DNA of 64,000 bases from Tubiluchus corallicola (taxonomy: Eukaryota; Animalia; Priapulida). This document shows positions 14,626 through 28,372 of this stretch, one piece after another. A model generated the notes under the pieces. That model made no database searches. It had not been told where the DNA came from and was given only the letters and a program-made list of their open reading frames with translations. Location: the NCBI GenBank assembly GCA_030141605.1, contig JAQGDQ010000191.1, forward strand, positions 62,001 through 126,000, written 5' to 3'. The first letter of the stretch is position 1. Every line of letters begins with the position of its first letter. Position numbers and translations under genes: made by a program.

Positions 14626-16035
14626 GTTTCTTCGGTTGCATTTAAATTTAAACATTTAATAGGTTGTGCATTTACCCACGGTCAATTCACACTTAAAATT
14701 AGCTCAAAAATGAATCTAATTGATCTATTTAATTACTTTCTTTTTTATTCCTTTGTTTAATAAGTTTTAGTGCCTCATCAATCAGAAAATTTGGATTTTT
14801 TATAAGACCAATCGAGTTTTTTAACCCTGTTGAAGGCAGCCATTAATACAGGAACATTTGTTATATTCTTTGCTAAAAACGAGTCCATAAACCATAAAAT
14901 GTAATTTTGCTTATCAACACGAACAGGCATGAAAGTTGAGAATTCACAGCTGTGAGATCCATAATTGTCCGATAGTTACTCCTGCAGGATTGTCATTGCA
15001 CTTGCCAAAAGTTGACATTGCAAAGAGTTCTTTGATGCGTTTCGCCGACAGCCTCGCTAACCAGTTATGCAAGAGGAGAGACGTATTAACACACGCTGCT
15101 CAAATTTGCATAAATTATTAAATCAGTTTACCATTTTTGTACAGCTGTGTGTTATGTAAATCGGCCCCGCTTTGATGTTCACTGATGACGTGTTTAGTAT
15201 ATTTTCACTGTCATTTTGTTGAAAATTTTGCCTCTATAGTTTTAATGTTTTTAAATTGCATGCTGTCCAATGTAATCAGTAAAACGCCGTTTTTACGATA
15301 TTTTTAAATCTCATTAAAGAAGAAGGCTATGTGACGTCGAGTGACTGTTTAGCTTCCCCTCGTCTATGCACACGCCTGTGATAATAAAGAAAAAAAAAGA
15401 ATTGTAAAAGTAATGTCTGTAATAGTTTCTGCTTACTTTGACGTATTAATCGGGTTTTCAGTAACAAATGTAGGAAATCGATTTGCTAATAAAAACACGG
15501 TTAACTCTAAGATTTTTGTGTGTTTGCGCGCGCTTTAGCAATGCATTTAGCAGCATGCCAAACAAGAGCAGCATTTTCAGCATGGAGTCTAAAATATGTA
15601 TATGCTATGCAGATTTTACTCATAATTCCACTAACCGTTAACGATCAGTCAACTCAACTTAGCTGTCGAGTATGAAAGAAATGCTTTACAATATGTCCAC
15701 AATATGTTGGTATTTAAATGCCCACAATATGTTGGTATTTGAATTTAGTTATATCATTGCTTAGCGAGAAATAGTTATTTAATCACCTCAATTATAATGA
15801 AAAAGTTTGACAAATTAATTTGTCAGGCAGTGTTTGTTTTAAGAAAAGCACCAAACTCGTGCGGCTTTATAAAGGAGCGGAAAAATATTTGACAATGTGT
15901 ACTGCTATGTAAAGAATTGTCTCGTTTGAAGAGCGGCTTTTTATTTTGCCCAAATTTTGTATGCTTCCTGTGTTTTAAAATGTTGTAAAGAAAAAAGTGT
16001 CTATACTATCTAGAAAACAAACTAGACTTATTGCC

Positions 16036-16600
16036 CTACATTATATATTATACTATACTATACTGTATTATACTATGCTATGCTATGCTGTGTTGTACTG
16101 TACTGTACTGCACTGCACTGCACTGCACTGCACTGCACTGCACTGTACTGTACTGTACTGGACCGTACTGGAGCGTACTATGCTGTACTGTGCTGTGCTG
16201 TGCTGTACTGTACTGTACTGTACTGTACCGTACCGTACAGTACCGTACCGTACCATACCGTACCGTACCGTACCATACCATACTATTCTATACTATACTA
16301 TACTATACTATACTATGCTATACTATACTATACTATACTATGCTATGCCACGCCACGCCATGCCATACCATACCATACCATACCATACCATACCATACCA
16401 TACCATACCATACTCTTCTACACTGCACTATGGTATGCTACCCTAAACAACACTACACTACACAGCAATATACTACATTGTGCTACATTACATTACATTA
16501 CAATATACTATGCATTGTGCTATAATGCCCAGCATTGCACTACACTACATTTGGGCTATCCTTCACTACGCTTCGTTACATTCTACTACACCATACTACA
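16036..16600. repeat. Compound pentanucleotide array (TACTA/TGCTA/TACTG/CACTG/TACCG/TACCA)
   Basis: Directly visible 5-bp periodicity with blocks of variants; generates ORFs in several frames. Confidence 0.95.
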
Positions 16601-17070
16601 ATGCTACAAACTGTCAAACGAATTGGACATTAAGATTTCGTTGGAATCAATGCAATTACTTATCGTTGCTTCAGTTGGTTAGCGATTGCTGCGCAATTGA
16701 TTTCAGCTTTTCGCAACAGAGGCCTCTGTAACATCAAAAATATCATGCAGATAGTGTGTGTAATACATAGAGCTTATGAAAAACGAAGTCAGTTTTCATA
16801 CTGACGCTGTTTCACTCTTAAACCTATAAACCTAAAAATTACACTAGATTTCTAAACTACGTGTTTACTGGCGTGTGTACTACGTTTATTATCTGCGTAT
16901 GTACCACGTAAAGTAGGATTTTGGTCATTTAAATTAAGCAACTATAGTCGCTCAGCCAGTTTTTCAGTCAGTCTACACACCTGTCAATGAATAAATCATT
17001 CCACCACTTTTTGTTGTTTAGATAGTTCAGTTAGCCAGTCAGTAGGCCAGTTAGTCATCTTACGAATCAC

Positions 17071-17072
<2 letters not shown>

Positions 17073-17161
<89 letters not shown>
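17073..17161. repeat. (CT)n microsatellite
   Basis: Directly visible. Confidence 0.97.
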
Positions 17162-17164
<3 letters not shown>

Positions 17165-19608
17165 CAGCGATAGTAATTGCACAATGTACCATTTCAGGCA
17201 CCGCAGATTTCAGACTATTCCGGACTATCTGTCGTCGTCGGTCCAGATGTTTATGCGTACGCCCTACGAAATGCATACTAATTAATGAATGCTTAACCTT
17301 TTGGCTATATAAATTTTGTATTGCGTATAAATATTTATATATATTTTTAATATGTTTTTTTGTAACTTGAGCATATTAGGTTGCATTGCATTTTTTAAAC
17401 GTGTTTATAGCAAATCACAAATCAGTAAGCTTGCCTGTAAGTCGTCACAGTCAGTAAGTTTGTCAGTCAAATGTCAACCAAGACTGAAAGATGCAGGCTG
17501 AAGTATCTTTAGTACTTTAAGTCTTTAGTGAGGTAAAGTGGGCAAATCAAATGGTTTCTAAACTTGCATTTATCTTGTTTAAATAATCAAGTTTTGCTCA
17601 AATTTTACCTGATTTAGGGCAGAAACATTTCATTTTGTCTTCTGCAGAACCAAATCGAACTACGTTTATTTGCATACTTTTTCAACACTTGGGGCATTAA
17701 TGGATTAATCGACACGGAATTAAATTTTAAATCGCATTTCAAAATCACTAATAAGTAAGAAATTTAAGATCAAAAATTGTATCGCAAATTATATGTTGAA
17801 AATTGTAAATTGAGGACAAAATAGAGATTGTTGAAACCTACACAGCAAAGTGACACCATTGAAATTAGCAAATAAAACAAAAATTAAAATTATTATTGTC
17901 TATAGTAAACCAAGTGTATGGGTTTGGTAAACCATAGTTGACTTATTTGACTTTATGTGGAGACTGAATTTTTTAAAAATGCGTGACATCAAATTATTTG
18001 GGCATGTTTATCACATTCGATCTTCAGTGATAAAAATTGCAAAATGACACAATTAAAGCACTGTGGTATAAGGAAAGGCTTTCAACAGGGTGTCTGCGGG
18101 AACAACAATATTTTCTAATAGAAGAACAAGAATTCAGATAACTTATAATAGCTTCCGCAGGAAATGTGTATTGTGGTTTGCGCAAACAAAAGTTTCAGTT
18201 AAGTCAAACTTCACAACTTTCTCACGACAACAAAACGGTAACATTTTTCTTAAATTTATAACAGCATTTGTTTTCGTGGCCAATCCTACCATAACTTTTA
18301 TCTACCGAGGCAATTTACTCCTCCAGAACGGCTTACTTCTCATCTGAGCTATCTACTGATTGTTTTTGCCGTTTTTACATCAGATACATTCACATATAAT
18401 CATGCGTACTGACACTTTAAAGAGGGATTTACATCAACACCCCTAGAGGTATATTTTAGTAAGATTTTGGACAGCATTGGAGGCAGATAGTGATGCATGC
18501 CATGTTGGATGATAGAATTGCACTTAGATCATTATACAGATTTGATTTACGTAAAGTTAAAACGCTTTCATTGTTCATATGCTGATTCACCACCTTACAA
18601 TGACTGTAAAAACAACAGAAAGTCTACAGACGAGAGGAAAGTTCAAATGCCATGTATCATTTACGCTTCTTTTTTGCACCACAAAACTCATTGTGTAAAA
18701 ATTGGGAAGAGCACGATACATATGAGATTTTCCTGAACAAAAGTTAGCTGACAAAGGTCGATAATGTTCCAGCGCCCTAGTAAGGTGGTAAAAAGCGCTA
18801 TGCTGCTTGGCCATTTTGCTAAACGCGTTAGTTGATTCAAACTAACAAGACAATCTAATTCTTTGTGAGGTTAAACGATAACTGCTTACACTGATACTCG
18901 TTCTCTAACGAACTATTCACTTAATGGGTTAGAAGCTAACGAGACACAATCCAGCCAATAATGTTTGTGTAAGCTCAGCGAGTTGTGCGAGAAGCCAGAG
19001 CGAACGCCATACGGACGATACAAGTAAATGTTTTGTTAGGTTTTTGGTACATTGGCCCAGTGGTTTCTAAACTCCATTTGCACTATGGAGATACGGGACG
19101 TATGCAATATCTTTAATGACGTTGTCCCTGTTTACACGACGTGTTGTCTGATTTTGCTTCTGTGTCATTAACAGCCTACTGTCGGGGTCCCCGCATGCAA
19201 TGCAAAATGCTTGACAAGAGCAGCGCTATGTTAGCAGAGCACAGTAAAAGGATCCACGAGGGACCACGACATGTATTCTGTTCATATTACAAAATAATTC
19301 GGGTCCCAGATGCGTAGATACGTTTAGTGACCACATGAAGGATGTAGCCCTGTAAAGACCACTACCACTGGCTATGTAAACTAGATCACCTCTAAACTGT
19401 GTTCTGCCGGTAGAACATTTTCTGTCTAGTGTGCCTCGGTTCATTTACTGTTCGTAATTTGCTGTCTGTGTAGTTGGTCTAACCGCAATTAGCTGACTAA
19501 AAGAAGTTTGGTTTAGGGATAGGCTATTATGCTGTTCGGAGTTGGGAAGACAGATATTTGTAATAGTGTAAGTCTTTAAATTGAGTCAAAGAACTTTTTG
19601 TAATTGTA

Positions 19609-19829
19609 TTCCAATTATTGTAATTGTAATTTATTCCATTGGAGCCTTAAGCTGAATGGCACAACAACAAAATATAAACTTGAATAAAATAATAGGCTTG
19701 ACATTAGCGTGTTCTTTAAATTGAGTCAAAGAGCATGCTAATGTCAAAAGCGTATTATTTTATTAAAAGTCGTTTATATTTTGTTGACGTGCCTTCAGCT
19801 TGACACTCCAAAGGAATAAATTATTGGAA
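19609..19829. repeat. Long imperfect palindrome (~100-bp arms, short loop)
   Basis: ttattccattggag..aagctgaa..caacaaaatataaac..aataaaataata..tgacattagc pairs with gctaatgtca..tattattttatt..gtttatattttgttg..ttcagctt..ctccaaaggaataa. Confidence 0.85.
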
Positions 19830-21026
19830 AGGGGATTAGTGGGTCGAGGTTCCATTAAGGAGGGGGCACTAAACAACAAAACAAGATCAAAATTGCCTTA
19901 GGTCATTCTTCGGCCAAGGTATTGACAAAAAGACACTTCTGGAGATTTTTAAACATTATATGAAAGTTAGCGACCATGTGCGTCATCTGATTTTGTACAT
20001 ACTAAAAATCTTTTGCCTCGGGTTTCAAGTAGTTCTTTTATAATTTGCAAATGTGCATGCAACGAAATTAATTGGGAACACATTTGAACAACAAGATCCG
20101 TCTGAAAATATCCCCGATCAGTTTAAATACTTTATGGCGATACGGCAAAATAATTAGCACATCTTTTAAATCCCGAGCTCACAATCAAAAGCTTTCGCAG
20201 CTATTTTTACAACTTGAAGTTCTTGTTTTGACCTCGCAGAATTTTGCACATGTGGCTCAAATGAACAAAGCCGAAATTGAGTGAAATCATCAGAGCCAAT
20301 GAACTCTTTTTTTGTTATTATTGATAAGTCCAGGTTTCTCGTTCGTTTGATTTGTCTTATTGATGTGTTAACAATGTTTTCTGTAAGATATTGCTGCAAG
20401 TCTGCACATGTAGAATGAGGTCCTTTACCTCTATTTCTGCTAACTCTTTCGGTCAAATATATCAGAACAGAATTACGGTGGTAATATAATACTTATGAAG
20501 ATAATGTGCAGTTTCTAGCTTATCATAAGAAACAACTACACAGACAGGTAGACAGAAAGAAATTAATAATTTACATGGTTATAAGTCTTTGATAATTATT
20601 GTCTACTGTAACCCTGTAACATTAATCTACTAATGATAGAGGTGTCTGCAAAGTATTACAGTCTCGCGGTATTGAACTAAATTATCCCGAAAGATGGCAA
20701 CTGATCACAACTCAAGTTTTAGCTGCGAAGTTTTAAATTAAATTATCCACAACCAAAAATGTTATGACCACACCTCAGATAATCCACGTTTATGGCGTGC
20801 GAACTTTGGTACATTTGATAACACCCTTAACAACAGCTACTTTATAAGTGAGCACTTGGTAAATGGAATGTTTTTAATACAAGCACTTGGCAATCCTGAC
20901 ATGCTCAAGACACTTAACATGAACTCTGTCTAAACATTATTCGATCTAAGTTTTGGGACTCAGTTGACCCGCCCACTTTTTTGTCCTTTTCGTCCTGCAC
21001 ACGGTACTGTTGGTACTGTTGGTGAT

Positions 21027-22119
21027 GAATGTAGGTAAAAATGGCACTGGTAAAAATGACACGGTAAAATGACACAAGGAAAAGGGCACGCCAAAAATGG
21101 CATCCTAAACATGTTCGTCTTATTGTTTTCATAAAAAACAAAACGCACAACAAAGATAAGCACGCGAACATATAAAAATATACTTGTATAAGTATTATAT
21201 AGACTAGCAAGGGAGCCAAAGATATTTTGTTCATTAAACAGAATTATAATCAATAACACACGAACATTCCATGTAGTGTTTGTCTACATGTCTTTAACCA
21301 TGTGGCGATGGTATAATAGAATAACAAATACACGTATTTACACATGAAGCCAGCTTTACATATATATTTATATATATATGTACATATGTACATATGTACA
21401 TATGTATATATAGCTTACGTATATATGTATAGCTTGCATATGTATATATATATATATATATACATATGTACACGTACAGGCAAAGGTTAAGGATAGCGTT
21501 TCTTTCCAATCGGACAATTTTCCAAGCGAGAAGTTCTCGAAATAATAAAAAAGTACTAATTACCTTATCTTTTAGCCAAGTCCTCCTTTTTCTAAAGAGC
21601 TATAACATTCTCTCCGAGACATTCTCTCTGTGAAGTGTTTCACAAATGTTTTTTGGACATGGTATTTGGCCAAGAAAAGTCTTGTAAAAAAACAGGCGAA
21701 AAACGCCCATTTTGAAGTTTTTCTCCCCCCACACCGTCTAAGCATCTGCTTCAAGATGCATGTTTTTTGCCTCCTACCTACCTTCTCTACAAAGTACGGG
21801 GGAAATCTGTTAAGCAGTTTTTTGCGTAATAGGCTTACTGCTCTGTAATAGACAAAAAATAACCAACCAACTAAACAAATAGTGTTGAATAATAACTTCC
21901 TTGACAGAGGTAAAAAGAACTAAAATAAGTACCTACAGAGTAACCCTAAACCTAAACTCATATTTTATAAGTGTTCTATATATTTTCATGTTTTTTCATT
22001 TGTGCCCTTTTCCCCCTGACATTTTTTTCTGTGCCATTTTTAGCGTGCTTTTTTCCGGTACCTTTTCTCCTGCGACATTTTAACCTGCGTTTCCATTTGT
22101 GCCATTTTTACCGCGCTCC
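21027..22119. mobile_element. Non-autonomous TIR/foldback element with tandem ~15-bp subterminal repeats, carrying a nested insertion
   Basis: Left end has repeated GGTAAAAATGGCAC variants (21034-21105); right end has repeated GTGCCATTTTTACC variants (22001-22119) in inverted orientation. Confidence 0.75.
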
Positions 22120-22559
22120 TTGGCACTCGACATCCTGTATAGGAAAGTAGGTGTATCAGTTGTACAGATACCAATGTGCAGATTAATGCAAAAATTAATG
22201 TTCACACTGTTACCGCTTACCACGATTCAAAGTGTTTGGGTTATTAAATGTCCGGGTTAAGTAAGTTTAGCTTGTACACACTTATTTTTTGGTTTAATAA
22301 CGCTCATGTTCCAAATACTTGAATTCCGGATGGCGAAATATTCATATATAGTGACTGTGTGTTCTCTGTATTGTTAAGCAATTTCTGGATTTTTTGGTGC
22401 CCACTTATGTCCACTTACCTAGTGTCATTATCAACCATTTTTTGATTTACCCGTCCAGATATCCACTGATGATTCCTTGCTGTCTAGACATTAGAAGCTG
22501 TGTGGTGCATTACCACTTATTTGATATTATGATGTAACCAGATTTCAATTTATTTTTAG

Positions 22560-23467
22560 GATATGGTAATTTGGCACCAAAGACAACTTGGGGTCGGATT
22601 CTCACAATGCTCTACGCAATCGTTGGAATACCCATAATGCTCTTGTGTTTGGCTAACATTGGAGATGTCCTCGCTCATTCGTTTAAGTACCTTTTCGCCA
22701 GTACGCTCCGTGTTATTCGACGTTGGAAGATACGCAGAAAGATTCGCAGACATGCTAACCGATTTCGAATGCTGGCGATGCGTAAAAAATCCGATAATAT
22801 CAGGACTGACACGCCTACTGGAAATGACGTCACTCAGTCGCTCAACAACCCCAGTAACATTGAACTGGAAGTGATAAAATCAAATAATCAAGAAAGTAAC
22901 TGTGGCGTAAAGGTTCCCGATAAGGAAGATGAGGATGATGATATTGATATCAGCAAAGTCACAGTGCCGGTAACTCTGTGTTTAATTGTGCTTGTAGCTT
23001 ATGTCTGCTTAGGTGCACTTATTTTTGCTGTATGGGAAAAATGGTCATTTCTAGATGGTGCCTATTTTTCCTTTATTACCCTCAGCACGATAGGTTTTGG
23101 GGATTTTCTCCCCGGTGCTAGTATGGTGGCTAAAGGAGCAAACGCCCAAACTAAGTTAGCAATATGTGGAGTTTATCTTCTCCTTGGTTTGTCTCTTATA
23201 TCAATGTGCTTTAATTTGGTGCAAGAAGAAGTCGCGAGGAAGGCCAAATGGTTTGGCAAGAAGATTGGAATCATTGTCGATAAAGAAGAAAGGGAAAAGA
23301 AACGACTAGAACAACTTAAGAAACAAGAAGCGGCGACGGTCGCGGCATCTAGTGGCAGCGTGCGAAGTGATCTTTATTGGGTCCAAGGGCAGGCGGCTTC
23401 TGGAGAAGTTTCGTCCTCAGATGACAAAATTGATGAAGCTGAAGCATTTGAAGTAACAGAAACGTAA
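22560..23467 (+). CDS. Terminal coding exon of a two-pore-domain potassium channel (K2P, TWK-18/KCNK18-like), 'gene A'; upstream exon(s) not in window
   Basis: Acceptor tatttttAG ends at 22559; exon reads (G)GA TAT GGT AAT TTG GCA CCA AAG ACA = G-Y-G-N-L-A-P-K-T (end of pore 1), then M2 GRILTMLYAIVGIPIMLLCLANIG, a long cytoplasmic loop, M3 VPVTLCLIVLVAYVCLGALIF, WEKWSFLDGAYFSFITLSTIGFGDF (pore 2), M4, a charged tail and TAA at 23465-23467. The ORF-track start (TTG 22571) is not the true start. Confidence 0.95.
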
Positions 23468-26179
23468 ATTACTACCGCAACGTCATAACTGCCTGAAGTG
23501 ACTTATTTTACAGCCCCAGCACGCCATTGAATTAAAAATAATTATGACTATGGCACATTCTATGTTTGCACATATCTCTTTTATAGACACATACTCTTAT
23601 AAATAGAAACATGCATCATTTTAACATAAAATGGATCGAGTAATCATGTCGTTCTTATATTTATCAACCGTGTGGATCCACTGGATCCTATTAAAATAAT
23701 TTTTTACGAGCGTCTACAAAAATGAATATTTCGTGTAAGACGAAATCGCAAGAAAGAAATCGCAGTGGAAGAAAAACCGAGCTTCAATAACTTGAATTCA
23801 TCTGGTTGTCTAATGTTACTTGTTGTTTAATCTAACATTTATATTTAGTTGTTAAAAAATTTATTTCGAATCTTCGCATCTGTGTAAAATCATCACTGAT
23901 AATTACTACTGAATCATAATTTCAACACATTATCGTATCAAATGCCTCTGCAAATGGCTAACAAATTTTGAAAGTAGGCCAATCAGTTTTTCTGTAAGGT
24001 AAGATCAGAACTGAGTTGTGTATACAAACGGTTGTATTTCTTTTTGTGATTCCTTACGGTCAGTAAGGATTTGTTTGACGTGACATCTGTATTGTATTCA
24101 TCTGTATTGAATACACAGTCATGTATTCACTGCTCCAGTCACAGTTTAAATAAAACACAAAATTTGATTTTAGATTTCCATTGTTCTTGCATTTCTTTCG
24201 TTTTGTTACAATAATTATTTTTCGCTCTAATAGCCTACTCAAAGGAAGGCTATATCTGCAGTGCCAAGGCTAATAGGATTAGTAAGAGTACGCATTTTTA
24301 TTCACTTTTCAAAGACGTTTACTTATCTCTAGTTTCTCAATTTTTATTTTTTCCAAATGACTTATCAAAACCAATAAAAGCAATACTCTGCAAAAATTGC
24401 ACTTTTTGAAGACCTGCCCTAAGTAGTAAAGGAAGTGAAAAAAATCTTATAAAAATGTTAGTAGCTTGCAAAGTGCTGGGCGTTTTCTCTTATTATGACC
24501 ATATAATTAAATTCAAATCTTTAAATGGGAAACCCAAAATTTTTTTTAAACAATTGTAGCTGATTCTGCACATATTTTACATACAGTACAAAATTCAAGA
24601 ATGACCAAAAATTTCCTTTATAATGCCGGATTGTGAATAAATGTAACATGCAAAAATGATGGCAATTGAAACGCAATGTAAATATCGTTTAGATTTATTT
24701 GACATTAAATTTGCTACCATTATTCATGCATGTTTATCAACCTCTGCTGGCTTCATCACAATGTGTTTTTATACCGTACCACGTGACCAGCTTCCTCGCA
24801 AAGCGAATCATTATCATACAAGATTAATTATTCTTGCACCAAGATCAAATATATTCAGCTAATTACTATAACTAATTCGATTCAAACAAATAAATTTGCA
24901 AATTGATGCGAAATGTTGCCTGTTTATGCTAATGGGGTAATCCTGATGTGACTGTATGGTTATTTCAGGCAAGATTAAAGTATGGTTCAAAAAGTGATTG
25001 GATAATTAAAACTAATCAATAGATTAGATGCCTAAAATAAACAGAAAAGAACGCATTGGAGGGCGGTGAGTAAAAAGAGAAACAAATTGAAGCATTGTAG
25101 AAATGCACCTAAAGTTTTGCCATGAAAAGAAGAAATCCGAACAATTGTACAGCAAACACATCTTTTGGAAAAAAACATTTTGTTTATTTTAAGATTCAGA
25201 CGAAATAAAAGTACTTCGGCAATATCTTAAGTGTCAGTACAAGGTCCATCAAACAGCATTTCTGAGCAACTAACAGATTATTCGTTGTGAGTAAAAAATT
25301 TGGTTCGGAATACAAAGGCGTTCTTTCTAAATTTTGAAAGACGTGGAACTGCGCAGAAGCTGCTTGCTTTTCTCTTGCATGATTTCTGCGTAAAATAACA
25401 GCAACTGTTGCTATAAATGTTGATGTTTTATAACATTTAGAAATGTTATTATATAGCATTTGACTTATCGAAAGTTTTAGCGTTTTCTCTTGCAGTGTAG
25501 AGCTACTCCTTACGTTTTATTGAACCTAGTTAAAGCGTTCGATTCATTAATGTTTGATCAAAACTCAGCCATCCGGTAGCCTAGCTACATTCTTCTGGAG
25601 TTTAGGATGTGTGCTGTATTGTATTTCGTAATATGCAGAGTATTTACACAGCAAAAGAAATCAGAAAGCTTGAACAACGCGTTTCTCCATTGCGACTCGA
25701 ATTCAGTACTCATTTTAGCGAAGGAAAAAAGTCGACCCAGATTAATCAAATAATTAAAACTGTTCAGCTTTTTATAATTAAAACGCTGCTTCAATGGCTC
25801 TGATTTCACAGACGATAAAATAGCTCACTGATTCCTGAATACATTTATTTGTCAAGCTGTAAACAAGCTCCTGTTATGATTAATAGAGTTCTGAGCCTAG
25901 ACAGATACACGGCCTTTGAAGCCCACCGCCGGCTTTTATTTATATACGCAGAGACTTTTGGCATGGCTTCAACTGGCAGAGGAGAATTAAAAACGGTTCT
26001 CGTCGTATGATGCTAAGCAGACCTGTCAGAAACCATGTAAGCGCTTCCATGTATACATGACCTTTAATTAGTAGAAGCATTGCTTAACCACACCAGAAGT
26101 TGAAAACTAGGGAGCACACAAAGGTAGTGTAGACCGACGTCCCCACATGAAATCATTATAGATCAAAAAATTGTATCAC

Positions 26180-26490
26180 ATGCTGTGTAACATTGCCATA
26201 GTATGTAGGTGACAATACGCCCTACATCCTACTATGCATTTTTACCTTGTGACCTTGACCTTTAAGTTTTGAATCAAGGTTTCGGGGTCTTGCCTGTCCG
26301 TGCCAATTGTGTTGATTATACTGCAGTTTCAAACTTTTGACCTTAAGTTTTGATGTTGAAGCCTTAAAGCAAGGGATTTCTATCCCTTGCCAGGACTTAG
26401 CTCTGCGACCAGTTTGGTTATTATAACTTCATCAGTTTTATATTTTATTATCCGGACAGACACACAGACGGACAAAGAAACACACACATC
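26180..26490 (-). mobile_element. Second AAGGTCAAGGTCA-motif element, inverted
   Basis: GTGACCTTGACCTTT near 26249, TTTTGACCTT near 26335, and CGGACAGACACACAGACGGACA microsatellite at 26453. Confidence 0.5.
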
Positions 26491-28029
26491 CTCAATTATC
26501 TTGGTGTTGCTTTTTTGTCTGGTTTTATGCAACAGAGAAATTTCGTCATGAGTCAGCCCAGCACACACAGTTCGACACGCTTTTTAGATTCAGGTACTTA
26601 AATCTACAAGTAACGTGATTATTAAGATATAAAAGCATCTCAAATTAAGCACGTTGATTTTGGAAAGAATTCGCCTCACTCTTCAATAATTCCTAGTTGT
26701 GTTTCAGTTGTTGCCCCTAAGCACAAAATATCTGCCACTTTTTATTCTCTGGTGCAAACCACACCACTCAACTAAAAATAGTGAAGGAATCAGGAAGATG
26801 TTCATGTTTTTCAACCGAGTCATCTTCCGACTTTAATGTTTTTGGAATCATTCTTATATGGAGTCATTTGCATTATCTGTGCAAAATGAAATTTATTAGT
26901 TTTGAGAAAGCTATATAAAACATTAATCTAAATAATATTATGAAACGAGTTACAAATCGAAAGCGACACAAACTCAAGTGTAAGTCGTAGTACTATATAC
27001 AGTTGCGCATTATTACAGAAAGAAAACTCTGATATTCGCGTCTAAGCTTTCAAGATTATATGCCATCATTATCATCTTATAGCTGCTGTATTATAGCTGA
27101 CCTTAAAAGAGCGGTAATAGTTATGTTTGCTCACGTGTCGAAGCTTGCGAGTTAAACTCATTCGCTGATTTTGAAGAGCTTTTTCATCTTTCTGCAAACA
27201 ATTTGAGACAAATTGTGAGATGTGGACATGTAGTGGCAAATGCTAATAAATCTAATGCTGCTGCTTTATAGCCAGCAATTCTAAAGAGGTCTATTTAGTT
27301 GTGTTGTAAAACGGCCGTAAACTGGATAGAAATTAAAAATTCTTCTCCGTATCAAAATTTAAACGTGAACTTTTGTCAATGACATATCAAGGAGGTGAAC
27401 CCAATATATACGCTAATGTATGTATTATATGTGCCGTATCTTAATACATGACCAGACCATAACATACCATGAACTGATGTGTGCCTGAATGCGCCCGTAT
27501 TTGTTACTATCTTCACACCCGTTGAAGGTAGACATTAGAAAGTGGTCAAAATCCTACGAGAGAGAAGGGTTTGTGAGCAAGAAGAAAATCGTGTACATTG
27601 TATCCCCTATCAGCCAGTAAAGTAGACGGAGTTCGTCAGCATTGTGTTACTATTTTTGATGCCGAACGTAGGTCACTCCACTTGAAATCTGTTTGTTGTG
27701 TTAAAATCACGAGGAGTTATTTTTTATAATTGTTTGAAATCTCTTAATACCATATTGCATTTTTCGCTGTTTTTGTTTGTTAGTTTCTATTTGCGCATTA
27801 GTCAAACATTTCCCGGTGCAATATCTACTGTTTGAGTAATATTACTTGTTGTTTGTTGACGGTGAGCGTAACATATAATGAAAGTATGTTGTAAACTCAT
27901 GTAATACATTTTGCATTTTGCATAATTTTGTTATAGATCGGAACTCAAAATTGACTGTACCATTTTGTAAAAAAAATTAAGGTCAAATACGTATATATAT
28001 GTATATGTCAAGATATCGTTGATGTATAT

Positions 28030-28372
28030 ATTATATATGATGTGTGTATGTATGTATTATATAAGTGAGAGCATTACACACTTGATACATAATAAGTTGC
28101 AATCTGGCACTCACTGGCTGGGTCTACTTAAAGTGGATGGAAGTAGTGAAACCACAATCTAACTGATGATATAAGCGGTGATTTAAAATGAGGTATTGAG
28201 TACTCAGCCGGCAGAGGTGTCTTAGTTGCATTCAGATGTGATTATATCAGACAGAATCAGTATGGCGAATGAAATCGCCCACAGTCACTTAGTGCTCACT
28301 GACCACTGACCAGCCTCGGCGTTACTTGACTTCGATCACGAAGACAATTCGGCTATTTCCTCCTCTGACAAC
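28030..28372 (-). mobile_element. Candidate 5S rRNA-derived SINE (SINE3), copy 1
   Basis: Minus strand GATCGAAGTCAAGTAACGCCGAGGCTGGTCAGT resembles invertebrate 5S CGAAGTTAAGCAACGTCG..GGTTAGT; body block 28252-28281 is shared with 53510-53539. Confidence 0.55.

Noticed and set aside
15698-15744. 24-bp tandem duplication (similar ones near 41736 and 4574)
   Set aside because: Two-copy local slippage events; no spacer structure and not CRISPR-like.
15997-16731. Cys/Tyr-rich ORFs up to 200 aa
   Set aside because: Open in several frames and on both strands because a pentamer repeat lacks stops.
1-22559. Search for gene A's first exon here, and for gene B's second exon in 58711-64000
   Set aside because: No M1/cap/TTIG or YGN-P-T coding segment was visible in the ORF track or by eye; small exons could have been missed.
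23440-23467. Possible C-terminal PDZ ligand on gene A (EVTET)
   Set aside because: The final residue is Thr, not the hydrophobic residue of a class I motif.
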